Of a stretch of DNA of 64,000 nucleotides, positions 26,698 through 37,224 are shown one piece after another (position 1 is the stretch's first letter; each line of letters begins with the position of its first letter). Below the pieces are notes generated by a model. The model did no database searches. It was not told where the DNA came from and worked only from the letters and a program-made list of their open reading frames with translations. This stretch comes from Saprospiraceae bacterium UBA3362 (GTDB lineage: Bacteria; Bacteroidota; Bacteroidia; Chitinophagales; Saprospiraceae). Made by a program: the position numbers and the translations under genes. Location of the stretch: positions 1 to 64,000 of the forward strand of contig DEQQ01000096.1 of NCBI GenBank assembly GCA_002360455.1. The letters are read 5' to 3'.

Positions 26698-27888
26698 TTG
26701 AAATTCTTTGCCCCGGCTGTAGAACAAATTATAAATTCCATAACGGACTATGGGATTATGGCAGGAACATCAGCTGTTGACAACTATCAAAGAGTGTGGA
26801 GCAGAGATCAGGCCATGGCCGGAATCACCGGTATTTTAATTAATGACAAACAAATTCTTGAAGGTTTAAAATCCGGAATAAGATCACTCTCTCTCTGTCA
26901 ATCTAAAACCGGACATATACCAAGTAATATTTCAATAAATTCTGATGGCAGTTATAAGCTAAGTTATGGCACTCTTTCGGGCAAAGTAGATGCAACAACT
27001 TGGTGGATTGTTTCTGCTGCGCTTTTATTGCTCAACCATAAGGATGAGTCTCTAAAAACAGAACTATTGCCTGCTGTAGAAAAAGCAGTCTTCATGCTTG
27101 AGACGATAGAGTATAACCAAAAGCATCTTATATACACGCCATTGGCTGGAAATTGGGCAGATGAATATTTTTTGCAAGGACATACTCTTTATGATAATTG
27201 CCTGTACTATTGGGCAATAAAGCTTATTGCCGAACTGTATGACAATGAGCAATGGGTGATCAAATCTAAACAGATCAAACAAGCTATTATTGATCATTTT
27301 TCAGAACCTTCTGATTCCCATACAATGAACGTTATGGCCTTAAGAGCCATGCAAGAGCTGGATTATTTTCCTCCTTGCTTTCAAGCTAACAAGTACTTTT
27401 CTTTTTGGGATATGTCAGGAAATGCATTGGCATTGCTTTTGGGGATTGATGACAAAAAGAACAATCGACTTATAGCATATTTGGAATCAATGGCACTAGA
27501 ATATAATACTTATTTATTGCCCGTTTTTTATCCTGTAATAGTTCCGACTTCTACTGCATGGCAGGAACTTCAACATTTACAGCTGTATCGTTTTAAAAAC
27601 GAACCGAATTCTTTTCAAAATGGAGGTTCATGGCCTATCTTTTTAGCCTGGTTAAGCCTAGGACTTAGCAAGCTTGGCAATACTAATTTATACAATAAAA
27701 TCTTTGAAGAGTATAGTAGGTTTTTAGAAAAAACGGAAACTCAAGGATTATTTTATGAGTATATCAATCCGATCACTCAACAAAATGGTGGAGTGGATCG
27801 TCTAAATTTCTCTGCATCTGCATATTTAATGATGCAAATCTGCAAACCATCTTCTCCTCAAAATATTCAAGCTATTCTAAGATTATGA
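26698..27888 (+). CDS. (alpha/alpha)6-barrel glycosidase-like protein (GH15/GH63/GH100/GDE_C-like)
   Basis: VWSRDQAMAGITG resembles the W-x-RD motif of six-hairpin glycosidases. Family assignment is uncertain. Confidence 0.45.
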   Translation: MKFFAPAVEQIINSITDYGIMAGTSAVDNYQRVWSRDQAMAGITGILINDKQILEGLKSGIRSLSLCQSKTGHIPSNISINSDGSYKLSYGTLSGKVDATTWWIVSAALLLLNHKDESLKTELLPAVEKAVFMLETIEYNQKHLIYTPLAGNWADEYFLQGHTLYDNCLYYWAIKLIAELYDNEQWVIKSKQIKQAIIDHFSEPSDSHTMNVMALRAMQELDYFPPCFQANKYFSFWDMSGNALALLLGIDDKKNNRLIAYLESMALEYNTYLLPVFYPVIVPTSTAWQELQHLQLYRFKNEPNSFQNGGSWPIFLAWLSLGLSKLGNTNLYNKIFEEYSRFLEKTETQGLFYEYINPITQQNGGVDRLNFSASAYLMMQICKPSSPQNIQAILRL

Positions 27889-28544
27889 TAGGAGATAAAA
27901 TAATTATTAAACCTGTTTATTATGAAACCTCGAGAAAAATAATCGATGAGCTTCGACTAAAAGAATATATTCAAAAACAAGCTAAAGCGGTAATATGCAT
28001 TGGCGGCGAAAGTGGCAGCGGCAAAAGCGTTACAGCGGTTTGTCTTCAAGAAGAACTTCAAAAGCAAAACATCAACACTATTATTCTGCATCAAGATGAT
28101 TATTTTTTCTATCCTCCTGCAGAAAATCATCAATTAAGAGAAAAAGATATCAATCACATTGGTCCGCAAGAGGTGAATATCTCCTCTTTACAAAATCACA
28201 TCGACCTGTTTAAAAGGAATGAAAAAAGTGCAGTAGGGCCATTAATGGATTATGCTACGAATACAGTGTCGAATCAACTATTAGAGTTTGAACACCATAA
28301 CGTACTTATAGTGGAAGGGACATATTCTATGCTGTTACAAGGAGCGAATTTCAAAATTTTTATTGACAGAGATTATCACAAGACTCTAAAAAACAGAATC
28401 GAAAGAAATCGGGAAAAACACTCAGAATTTATTGAAACTGTACTTGAGATAGAACATCAAATCATTAAACAGCACATCCAATTTGCTGATTATATCATCG
28501 ATCATCATTATCAATTGACAAAACATCATATCAATGTCAAATAA
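27885..28544 (+). CDS. P-loop kinase of the uridine kinase / phosphoribulokinase family
   Basis: Walker A GGESGSGKS followed by ILHQDDYF, as in the Udk/PRK family. Start overlaps the stop of the upstream gene by 4 nt. Confidence 0.5.
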   Translation: MIGDKIIIKPVYYETSRKIIDELRLKEYIQKQAKAVICIGGESGSGKSVTAVCLQEELQKQNINTIILHQDDYFFYPPAENHQLREKDINHIGPQEVNISSLQNHIDLFKRNEKSAVGPLMDYATNTVSNQLLEFEHHNVLIVEGTYSMLLQGANFKIFIDRDYHKTLKNRIERNREKHSEFIETVLEIEHQIIKQHIQFADYIIDHHYQLTKHHINVK

Positions 28545-30012
28545 GGTTCAACTCAGTTTTTGGCAAATAATTCATCTCAACGTTGGTTTCTTTGGGATTC
28601 AATACAGTTTTGGATTACAACAAAGTGCTGTAAACCCCATATATGATTTTTTAGGGGCGTCTCCGGATCAAATCCCGATTTTAAATCTTGCAGGACCAAT
28701 TACAGGTTTAATAGTTCAGCCCATTGTAGGAGCAATCAGTGATAGAACTTTTCATCCTAAATGGGGAAGAAGAAAACCATTTTTTCTGCTGGGAGCTATA
28801 TTATGTAGCATTGCTTTATTTTTCTTTCCATTTAGTTCAAGTTTATGGTTTGCGACCGGAATGCTTTGGATTCTTGATATAGGAAACAATATGGCCATGG
28901 AGCCGTACCGCGCTTATGTTGCAGATACTCTGGACGAAGATAAGCAGTCAACAGGCTTTTTAATTCAAAGTTTTTTCACAGGATTTGGGCAAACTATTGC
29001 CAATTTAAGCTTGTTTATTTTTCCACTTGTTTTTCTTAGCAAAACAGGACATATTCCCAATTGGGTATTTGCTTCCTTTTTCTTAGGCTCCATTTGCAGT
29101 ATTGCCAGCATTTTATGGAGTTTATACAAAACCAAAGAGATCAAAGAGCTTCCTTACGAAACATCCAATAACGAGTTTAAACTTTCAACATTAGTCCACG
29201 ACTTTTATTTGGCCTTTAAAGAAATGCCAAGGTCTATGAAGTATCTCAGTATCATTTATTTGTTTCAATGGTATGCCCTGTTTTGTTACTGGCAAAACAG
29301 CAGCAAAGCGATCGCTATGAACTGTTTTGAGTGGAAATCAATGAGTGGAGAACAGTCAAAAGAAGCAATGGCTTATGCAGAATTGGAGACTGTCGTTGCA
29401 CAAATTCCGGAAACAAAATCAATGGATGCAGACAGCTTGTTCATGTCTTTTTCAGAATCATCCACACCATTAAAAGATAAAATAGAGAATGAAAAAAATC
29501 AACTCGCACAGTCCTATGTTGCCAATAGATTAAAATACGAGAAGGCGGTTTCATGGACAGGTTTGGTAAATGGTTGGTATAATATTGTGACCTTTATAGT
29601 TGCCCTTGTGCTTATTTATTTTGCAAAAATAATTCACCCAAAATTTATTCATGCAACTGCACTTTTTTGTGCCGCCGTGGGCCTGTTCGCATTTAGTCAA
29701 ATAACAAACAAGTATTGGTTGTTTTTGGCCATTTCCGGATTTGGGATAGCCTGGGCATCCATTATGGCTATTCCTTTTTTATTGGTTGTAAAAGACATTC
29801 CTGCAAAACGATATGGCATATATATGGGTATTATTAATGCCATGATTGTAATCCCAATGTTTATTCAAACCACCAGTTTTGGATTTATTATGAGAAACTA
29901 TTTACACAATAACAGTGCAACGGCCATCGTATTTGCAGCAGCGCTTTTATTGATAAGTTCTTTCTTATGTTTGTTTTTTCCTACAATGGAAAAAAATACT
30001 TCTACAACGTAA
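28534..30012 (+). CDS. MFS transporter, glycoside-pentoside-hexuronide / SLC45 sucrose-transporter-like
   Basis: 12 predicted TM segments. R-x-G-R-R-K-P motif (HPKWGRRKPFF) after TM2, typical of GPH/SLC45 symporters. Confidence 0.7.
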   Translation: MSNKVQLSFWQIIHLNVGFFGIQYSFGLQQSAVNPIYDFLGASPDQIPILNLAGPITGLIVQPIVGAISDRTFHPKWGRRKPFFLLGAILCSIALFFFPFSSSLWFATGMLWILDIGNNMAMEPYRAYVADTLDEDKQSTGFLIQSFFTGFGQTIANLSLFIFPLVFLSKTGHIPNWVFASFFLGSICSIASILWSLYKTKEIKELPYETSNNEFKLSTLVHDFYLAFKEMPRSMKYLSIIYLFQWYALFCYWQNSSKAIAMNCFEWKSMSGEQSKEAMAYAELETVVAQIPETKSMDADSLFMSFSESSTPLKDKIENEKNQLAQSYVANRLKYEKAVSWTGLVNGWYNIVTFIVALVLIYFAKIIHPKFIHATALFCAAVGLFAFSQITNKYWLFLAISGFGIAWASIMAIPFLLVVKDIPAKRYGIYMGIINAMIVIPMFIQTTSFGFIMRNYLHNNSATAIVFAAALLLISSFLCLFFPTMEKNTSTT

Positions 30013-30086
30013 AATTGAATTTTCATTTTTACAAAGGAATTGTCCAACACATATTCTTTCGTGTGTTCTTTTGTTCAAACAGAGCA

Positions 30087-31178
30087 TTAGGTGAAAGCAC
30101 AGTCACCGTCTCCGTCCTGAAATTGAAGGCAATCTTCAATAAGAATGTTCAATGCTTTTCCTATTTTGTATTCACGAAATTGTTTTTTGCGATATAGAAA
30201 CCGAATTTCTTTGTTGAACAATTGTTGAAGCTCCTTTTGATATAAAGTTACAGTGTGAACTCGATATTGCTTTATTATTTTTTTAAACCATAATCCCCAT
30301 TCTACGGATATTATTTTACCAAAAAAATAAGGAACTCTCAAGTGCCCATCCCTAATTATTAAAAACATCACGCATGTTGGCTTAGAATCAAAATAAGAGC
30401 TCACTATTACATTTTCAAACTGATCAGCACAGCCACTGAAATAGTATTTTTCACACTCCATTTTAGCTTGTTCGTTATCTGTCAAAATCCAAGGAAAACT
30501 CTTTGTCCATCGAACTTCGGGGACTCCCCTACGAAATGAAAACAATTTGGATTGCTGTGTAATAAACTCCATGATCAATGGATCATGGAAATCACAATCC
30601 TTGATCTCATCAAGATGGTTCTTATCAAAACTTAATAGAGATATTAATTGATTGCCTATACTATCACAGGCTTTAAGTAAAGGGCTTGCAAATTTCAATT
30701 TTGGAAATTTTCTAGGAATGAGTTCACGACTATTGAGCTTTACAAAATATCTCATTCCCATAATCGTAGTCTCGGTTTCCAAAAATGACAATTTGTTGTA
30801 GATTTTTTTTGCTGTCTCAGTAAATTCTGTTAACAAGATTCTTCCTTGATATTGGTCATTGGCATAGTTTATCAACTGTTTGCTTAATCCCCTACCCTGA
30901 TGCGTAGAGGCCACCCAAAGGCAACTCAACCATGCAAAATGAATTGGTTCACCCTTACCATAATAATCATCGGGGATCATCCCAAGATAGGCAATAACCT
31001 CTTCCCTATCAAATAAGGCAGCCAGTAAAATATCATTTGGGTTGACTCTTGGATTATGAATTTGTGAGATAGCACGATGAGAAGAAATGGGCAAATTTTT
31101 TAATTGTTTAAAATGCGAACTGTTTATCCAATTTCCAAGTTGCTCTTGGGTATAAGATTTTAAAGAGTAATTCGTCAT
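30087..31178 (-). CDS. GNAT-family N-acetyltransferase domain protein
   Basis: Q-x-x-G-x-G/A acetyl-CoA motif (HQGRGLSKQL). Confidence 0.45.
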   Translation of the reverse strand: MTNYSLKSYTQEQLGNWINSSHFKQLKNLPISSHRAISQIHNPRVNPNDILLAALFDREEVIAYLGMIPDDYYGKGEPIHFAWLSCLWVASTHQGRGLSKQLINYANDQYQGRILLTEFTETAKKIYNKLSFLETETTIMGMRYFVKLNSRELIPRKFPKLKFASPLLKACDSIGNQLISLLSFDKNHLDEIKDCDFHDPLIMEFITQQSKLFSFRRGVPEVRWTKSFPWILTDNEQAKMECEKYYFSGCADQFENVIVSSYFDSKPTCVMFLIIRDGHLRVPYFFGKIISVEWGLWFKKIIKQYRVHTVTLYQKELQQLFNKEIRFLYRKKQFREYKIGKALNILIEDCLQFQDGDGDCAFT

Positions 31179-32134
31179 TTACCTATTGATTTTTTCAATG
31201 AATAGTAAAGATATTCTTCTTTTAGTTTTTCAATGGAACCTAGAGACCCGTCATCCATAGGTATTCTTTGAAAATGATTTTTATATGATGATGTTTGCAG
31301 TCCCGCACATCCAAAACTACAGTCAAAAAGGGTTTTCAATACGGCCATTAAATCTTTACCAATGCCATAGTCAGTAAATGGAAAGGCAAAACATTTTATG
31401 CGTTCATCCTGCAGCAATTCAATACCGTTTCTCACCTGTTCGATCTGTTCTTCCAATGTCAAGTCTGTCAATAAAGGATGATTGGCAGTGTGTAACCCAA
31501 GCGCAAATCCCTGAGATCGGAGCCATAATAATTCCTCAACAGAACAAAAGAGTTTTAGCTTGCTAAACTCAGCAAAAATTTGATTATCCAATTGGAAAAT
31601 AAATTCTTTTAGTTCATTTTCTTGAGACCACTTAAATAAATTTAACTTTGCAAACAACTCTTTTTTCTTTTGATCAGTCAAATTATTTTTTTGATTAATC
31701 TGAGCTATTGTATAGCTTACCAAGTGTCTAAAAAAAATTTTTTCTCCTTTTGCAAATTCCGGATTGAAGAAAAAAATTGCCGGGATCTGTTTTTTTAAAA
31801 GTAATGGGGCAATAAGCGTTTTACATTCTAACAAACCATCATCAAAACTTAACAAACAAACTCGACGATTATTACTAGGATCTTGTTTTACTTTGAGAAA
31901 CTCCTCAACGGTGACAAATTCAAAATATCCTGCAACAGCATCCAATTCCCATTCCAATTCATCTATTGTCTTTGTATGAAACAAATGATTTGTGTGGAAG
32001 GAGTTTTCAGTTTTAATAGTATGGTATAATAAACAAATCGCATTTTGATGACTTTTGTCAATCAATTTTGACATTGAAAAATATTGACCGATATGGCCAA
32101 GACTTTTCCTGAAAAGCATTTTATACCCAGCCAT
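31175..32134 (-). CDS. polysaccharide deacetylase (NodB-homology) family protein
   Basis: LLSFDDG motif typical of CE4 deacetylases. 4-nt overlap with the downstream GNAT gene. Confidence 0.55.
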   Translation of the reverse strand: MAGYKMLFRKSLGHIGQYFSMSKLIDKSHQNAICLLYHTIKTENSFHTNHLFHTKTIDELEWELDAVAGYFEFVTVEEFLKVKQDPSNNRRVCLLSFDDGLLECKTLIAPLLLKKQIPAIFFFNPEFAKGEKIFFRHLVSYTIAQINQKNNLTDQKKKELFAKLNLFKWSQENELKEFIFQLDNQIFAEFSKLKLFCSVEELLWLRSQGFALGLHTANHPLLTDLTLEEQIEQVRNGIELLQDERIKCFAFPFTDYGIGKDLMAVLKTLFDCSFGCAGLQTSSYKNHFQRIPMDDGSLGSIEKLKEEYLYYSLKKSIGK

Positions 32135-32369
32135 TGTTCCGCAATAATAAAATTATTCTGTCAATTTCGACAAAGTTTTTACATTTGCTTCTGCTTTTTA
32201 TTTATCTGTTTGGATAAAAGCTCTTGTTTGCGTAGCTTTTTTAAAGTTATGAATCAAGAAAACACAATATCAAACAATATTTTCATTGAATGGTATTTGT
32301 ACTAAACAATTTGACGACTGTGTGGATCTCCTTTTTGTTTTAATTGGTTTTTTCAACAATTATTTTTTT

Positions 32370-33143
32370 ATGAAAACAAAACAAGACATCGTTCAAAATT
32401 GGCTACCAAGATATACCGGAACAGCACTTGAAGATTTTGGACAATACATTATTTTAGTTAATTTCAGCCATTATGTAGAGCAGTTTGCAAAGTGGAATAA
32501 TGTAGAAGTAAAGGGGAGACATAGAAGTATGATCAATGCTACTCATCAAAACATAACGATCATTAACTTTGGTATGGGCAGCCCAAATGCCGGAACCATC
32601 ATAGATCTTTTGACTGCGATTCAACCTAAGGCTGTTGTGTTTTTGGGTAAGTGTGGAGGATTGAAATCGGATAAAAATAAGGTTGGAGATTTGATTCTTC
32701 CCATAGCGGCCGTAAGAGGTGAAGGAACATCCAATGATTATTTACCTCCCGAGGTTCCGGCCTTGCCGGCTTTCGCACTCCAAAAAGCAATTTCTACAAC
32801 CATCAGAGAGTATGAAAAAGACTATTGGACGGGCACCGTTTACACTACAAACAAAAGAGTATGGGAGCATCGTTTGGATTTTAAAAAATACCTCAAGCGA
32901 CTTCGCGTAATGGCAATTGATATGGAAACAGCTACTATTTTTATAGCGGCATTCAAGAATAGAATTCCGGCAGGCGCACTCCTGTTGGTGTCCGATATGC
33001 CCATGATACCGGAAGGTGTAAAAACAGAAGAAAGCGACAAAGTGGTTACGCAGGATTATGCCGAAGCTCATCTAAAAATAGGCATAGATTCGCTTAAGCA
33101 ATTAATGAATAATTCTACTACGGTAAAGCATTTGAGGTTTTAG
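32370..33143 (+). CDS. nucleoside phosphorylase, PNP/UDP family (AMP nucleosidase / uridine phosphorylase-like)
   Basis: GMGSPNAGTI, FLGKCGGL and AIDMETATI motifs of phosphorylase family 1. Start taken at MKTKQD, an internal Met of ORF 32286..33143. Confidence 0.65.
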   Translation: MKTKQDIVQNWLPRYTGTALEDFGQYIILVNFSHYVEQFAKWNNVEVKGRHRSMINATHQNITIINFGMGSPNAGTIIDLLTAIQPKAVVFLGKCGGLKSDKNKVGDLILPIAAVRGEGTSNDYLPPEVPALPAFALQKAISTTIREYEKDYWTGTVYTTNKRVWEHRLDFKKYLKRLRVMAIDMETATIFIAAFKNRIPAGALLLVSDMPMIPEGVKTEESDKVVTQDYAEAHLKIGIDSLKQLMNNSTTVKHLRF

Positions 33144-33363
33144 TCTTCAAGAGCGGTTTTGAACCCAAAATCAAGCTCAAAGAGGCTGAGAAATACATTT
33201 TTATTTTTTATATTAGTTTTATTATTTTGTTTAAAATCTTCAAAAAATCGTTAGTATATATAAGGGAAAACAAGGATATTAATGATTTTTGCCCAAAAGA
33301 AGCAACATATATTGCAAACCTGCGTATTTTAACTGTATATTTATAACCGAAAAGACGAATTTT

Positions 33364-35466
33364 ATGCAATTCTTAGCGCCCAAAACAACGATAAATGCAT
33401 TTGTATTAAGTACAAAAGAAAGTGCATTTTTAAGCCTCAATCAGTTGGTTCCAGCTGCTGTTTTTAAGATCGCTTTGATTCTCCTCTCTGTTTTGTATTT
33501 GCAAACCAATGTGGTTTATGGTTCGCCACAAACCCTTACTGTAGATTGTCCGGTAAATATTACAGTTACAGAGGGCATGAAGACAGACACTTCTACATTG
33601 GGAAGTCCAAGAGTTAAGCAAAATACAGGAGGAGCTGTCACGATTGGATATTTTGAAATTTATGACAAAGGAACTTGCTCTAGAAAATATGATCTGTTGA
33701 CCAGAGTGTTTACTGTTACCAATACTTCCGGAGAACAGGTGCGTTGCAATCAATACATTCAAATAAACCATATTTCTGCAAATCAAATCACTGTGACTGC
33801 AGATACTTTTATGCAGTTTCCTACCTCCGGCGGCAGTTTTACTTTAAACTTATTGCGCCTCGCTCGAGAATTTGCTTCAGTAACCATTTCATATAAAGAC
33901 TCTATAATTTCTGCTGGAAATTGCATTAACCCGGTAAGAATGTTAAGGAGATGGACTTTTGTTGATAAATGTAACGGATCGACAAAAACGGCAAGTACTT
34001 TTATTACGGTTCCCAACTATTCCAACTCTTTCAGTCACAACAATACTTTTACAGACGCAGTATGTGCAGATGAAGGATATATCTCTATCAGTGCAAAATC
34101 CGGATTTCCTCCATACCAATACAAATGGTCCAATGGAGCTTTGGGTTCAAGCATTTCAAACCTTCCTGCAGCTTTGTATTTGGTTACTGTCACAGATGCC
34201 AACCAATGCACAACGTTATTTAGTTATGATGTAAAAGCAATGTCAGAGCGTGCGGATATTGGCGGCAGGATTACAACTCTCAATGGCTATAGAGTTTATC
34301 CTGATTCTGTGAAGTTCGGCGACTTAAGTAATATCAATTTGTTTTGCATCAGCTACAATGGTGGTTTGCAATATGGATTTACATTAAAGAACAAGACTCC
34401 CGGATTTTATAATTATTCTTTTGTAAAAAAATCTGATGTAATCAACGGGATAACCACTAAGGATATCATCATTATTCAAAAACATTTACTTGGACAGAAA
34501 GAATTTGCTGATACTTTACAATATTTCGCTGCAGACGTGAATAATAATTATAATGTTACAGCTTCTGATATTGTAGAAATTCGAAAACTTATTCTTGGAA
34601 TCAAAGCAACTTTTAGTAATGTACCGCCTTGGTATTTTATTAGGAAGGACTGGATGGAAGTGATAACGCCCTACAACTCGTTAAATTCTATTACCTTCAA
34701 AGGAATGCAAATCAATAGCTTTCCTAGACAAAACGCAGATTTATTTGGGCTAAAATTGGGAGATTTAGATTATAGTTACAGAGATATTGGTTATACAAAA
34801 AGCACTTCACGCTCTACTACGTCGTATATCAGCATAAAGAATCAAGCGGTTCTTGCAAATAAGAAAATTACTGTTCCTGTTCAGATCAACAGTTCTCAAA
34901 GCATCGAAGGTCTTCAGTTTAAACTTAAATTGGATCCATCATTGGATCAGATTCAAGTAAAAGTTCCTGATCATTTGCAGAGCTATGTGTTTTATAATGA
35001 AGACCACGGGACTATTACATTTAGCTATAGTACCGGAGTTACAATGAGTGCTCAAGAAATAAAAAATCTAAATTTTACAATCGAAGCACAAACTACAGAA
35101 AATGCTTTGTTGTCTCAATTAATAAAGCTTGACAATTCTGTCGAACCTGAAGTATATGATGAGCAATTGGATGCACAATCCATTGAAATTAATTGGAATT
35201 CAGATCAAATTTTGAGCAATGCAAATGCCAACGAATTTGTCATTTTACCACAACCGGTATCCAATGGTTTCGCAATCCGATCTACTCATTCTCTGCAGCG
35301 TAATATCTCTGTATCCATATTTGATCTACAAGGGAAATTGATTTATCAAGATTCAAACTATACAGAAGGTACATTTATCAGTTCGTCCAATTGGACAAAA
35401 TCATTTTATCAATTGATCATTTCAGATCAAGAAAAAACTTCTGTACTTAAGTTTATAGTTCAATAA
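33364..35466 (+). CDS. secreted protein with dockerin-like repeat and C-terminal T9SS (Por) sorting domain
   Basis: Start taken at MQFLAPKTT. Dockerin-like segment ITTKDIIIIQKHLLGQ...DVNNNYNVTASDIVEIRKLILG. C-terminal beta-rich ~80 aa ending ...TSVLKFIVQ, typical of T9SS CTDs. Confidence 0.55.
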   Translation: MQFLAPKTTINAFVLSTKESAFLSLNQLVPAAVFKIALILLSVLYLQTNVVYGSPQTLTVDCPVNITVTEGMKTDTSTLGSPRVKQNTGGAVTIGYFEIYDKGTCSRKYDLLTRVFTVTNTSGEQVRCNQYIQINHISANQITVTADTFMQFPTSGGSFTLNLLRLAREFASVTISYKDSIISAGNCINPVRMLRRWTFVDKCNGSTKTASTFITVPNYSNSFSHNNTFTDAVCADEGYISISAKSGFPPYQYKWSNGALGSSISNLPAALYLVTVTDANQCTTLFSYDVKAMSERADIGGRITTLNGYRVYPDSVKFGDLSNINLFCISYNGGLQYGFTLKNKTPGFYNYSFVKKSDVINGITTKDIIIIQKHLLGQKEFADTLQYFAADVNNNYNVTASDIVEIRKLILGIKATFSNVPPWYFIRKDWMEVITPYNSLNSITFKGMQINSFPRQNADLFGLKLGDLDYSYRDIGYTKSTSRSTTSYISIKNQAVLANKKITVPVQINSSQSIEGLQFKLKLDPSLDQIQVKVPDHLQSYVFYNEDHGTITFSYSTGVTMSAQEIKNLNFTIEAQTTENALLSQLIKLDNSVEPEVYDEQLDAQSIEINWNSDQILSNANANEFVILPQPVSNGFAIRSTHSLQRNISVSIFDLQGKLIYQDSNYTEGTFISSSNWTKSFYQLIISDQEKTSVLKFIVQ

Positions 35467-35562
35467 TTTAGAGAAGCGACTGAAGACTATGCTTGGAGCC
35501 TGAGTCCTGCTATCCGCACATTTCATGTGCTCCTATCAGGTCTAGGTTTTGCAACTGTCGGT

Positions 35563-36891
35563 TTACACAGTAAAAAAACCTTCTTTATTTAATTCATTTG
35601 GTAACCGAACAGTCTCCAGCTTATTGCTTTGCTCCAATAGCTCTGTTGGTCTGTACACCTTGATATAATTTTTTGTAAATCCGCTTTGCTTTCCATCTTT
35701 TAGCTCATTTTCCCAAAGCACTTCTTGAGTAGAATCACACTGGGATTGGTAAAAAGATCTTCTCTTTTTTTCGGATAGAATTCGCAATTTTTCATTGCGC
35801 TCATTTCTTAAAGAGGGCGTAACAGGATTGAGCATTTCTGCCGCCAGTGTATTATTTCGTTCGCTGTATGTAAACACATGGAAGTAACTTACATCCAAAT
35901 CTTTGAGAAAATGATAAGTGTTCAAAAAATGAGTTTCTGTTTCTCCGGGATAGCCTACTATAATATCTACTCCTATGCAGGCATGAGGCATGCAAGACTT
36001 AATTTTTTCAACACGTGACTGATAGAGTTCTCTTTTATATCGACGTTTCATTGATGCAAGCAAATCATTATCTCCTGACTGAAGCGGAATGTGAAAATGG
36101 GGAACAAAGCAATTGCTACCGGCAACAAACTCAATGATTTCGTCTGTACATAAATTGGGTTCAATAGAAGAAATGCGATATCTGGGCACAGCAGCTTGTT
36201 TATCCAATGCTTTTATCAGATCAACAAATAGAGCTTCCTTTTTTGGTTTGCTTCCCTCAATAACTTCCGTTCCATTTCCAAAATCGCCTAAGTTAACTCC
36301 GGTCAAAACGATTTCACGCACTCCTTTTTTTCCAATTTCTTCCGCCAATATCAAGACCTCTTGAATTGTACCGCTCCTGCTTTTTCCACGAGCAAGCGGA
36401 ATAGTGCAGAAACTACACTTATAATCACATCCATCCTGAACTTTTAAAAATGTTCTGGTTCTATCTTCAATGCTATAGGAAGGGATAAATTTTGAAACCT
36501 CTTTGATCTCTCCAGCTTTGACAACGGCATGAGGACTCGTGGGATCAAGAGATGATAATTGATCCAATATAGTAAACTTTTCTGCGGCTCCCAGCACCAT
36601 ACTCACTCCCGGAATCTCTGATATTTCCTTGGGCTTGAGCTGGGCATAACAACCTATAATAATAACTTTGGCATTGGGATTTTTGCGCAAAGAACTTCTC
36701 ACCGCATATCTGCATTTCTTGTCTGCCTCATCAGTAACAGAACAGGTATTTATAATGTAAAAGTCTGCAGCCTCTTTATAATCATGCTCAATGTAGCCGG
36801 CTTCTCTGAACAACTTCGAAATAGAAGAAGTCTCAGAAAAATTGAGTTTACAACCTAAAGTATGAAAAGCTACAGATCTTGCTGTGGACAA
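35563..36891 (-). CDS. mtaB: MiaB-family radical-SAM methylthiotransferase (MtaB-like, tRNA t6A37 methylthiolation)
   Basis: N-terminal AFHTLGCKLNFSE. Radical SAM motif CDYKCSFC. C-terminal TRAM domain. Confidence 0.75.
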   Translation of the reverse strand: MSTARSVAFHTLGCKLNFSETSSISKLFREAGYIEHDYKEAADFYIINTCSVTDEADKKCRYAVRSSLRKNPNAKVIIIGCYAQLKPKEISEIPGVSMVLGAAEKFTILDQLSSLDPTSPHAVVKAGEIKEVSKFIPSYSIEDRTRTFLKVQDGCDYKCSFCTIPLARGKSRSGTIQEVLILAEEIGKKGVREIVLTGVNLGDFGNGTEVIEGSKPKKEALFVDLIKALDKQAAVPRYRISSIEPNLCTDEIIEFVAGSNCFVPHFHIPLQSGDNDLLASMKRRYKRELYQSRVEKIKSCMPHACIGVDIIVGYPGETETHFLNTYHFLKDLDVSYFHVFTYSERNNTLAAEMLNPVTPSLRNERNEKLRILSEKKRRSFYQSQCDSTQEVLWENELKDGKQSGFTKNYIKVYRPTELLEQSNKLETVRLPNELNKEGFFTV

Positions 36892-37224
36892 TGTTAAGAA
36901 TTTTTAGCGCGCAAAAATAATAATAAATTACTACACAAACCCAAGAATGAGAAATTCAGCCTGTCGGATTTTAATCTAAAATCGGAATATTTATGCACGA
37001 TAGAGGTTAAGTAGAGTATTCATAAAAGGACAATATATCATATAAAATAAACCCAAAAGGATCAACTCTATTCTTTATCAAATTAATCAATCTGTGTTAG
37101 CTAAAATTAGATGAAATTGGGTTCATTTTTCTTTTTTTTGGCAGCTATTTTATCTTAATTGAATGAGCAAATTTAAATTTCATTTTTATAATCAAAAAAA
37201 ATGATTATTTTGAAAAACCGGAGT

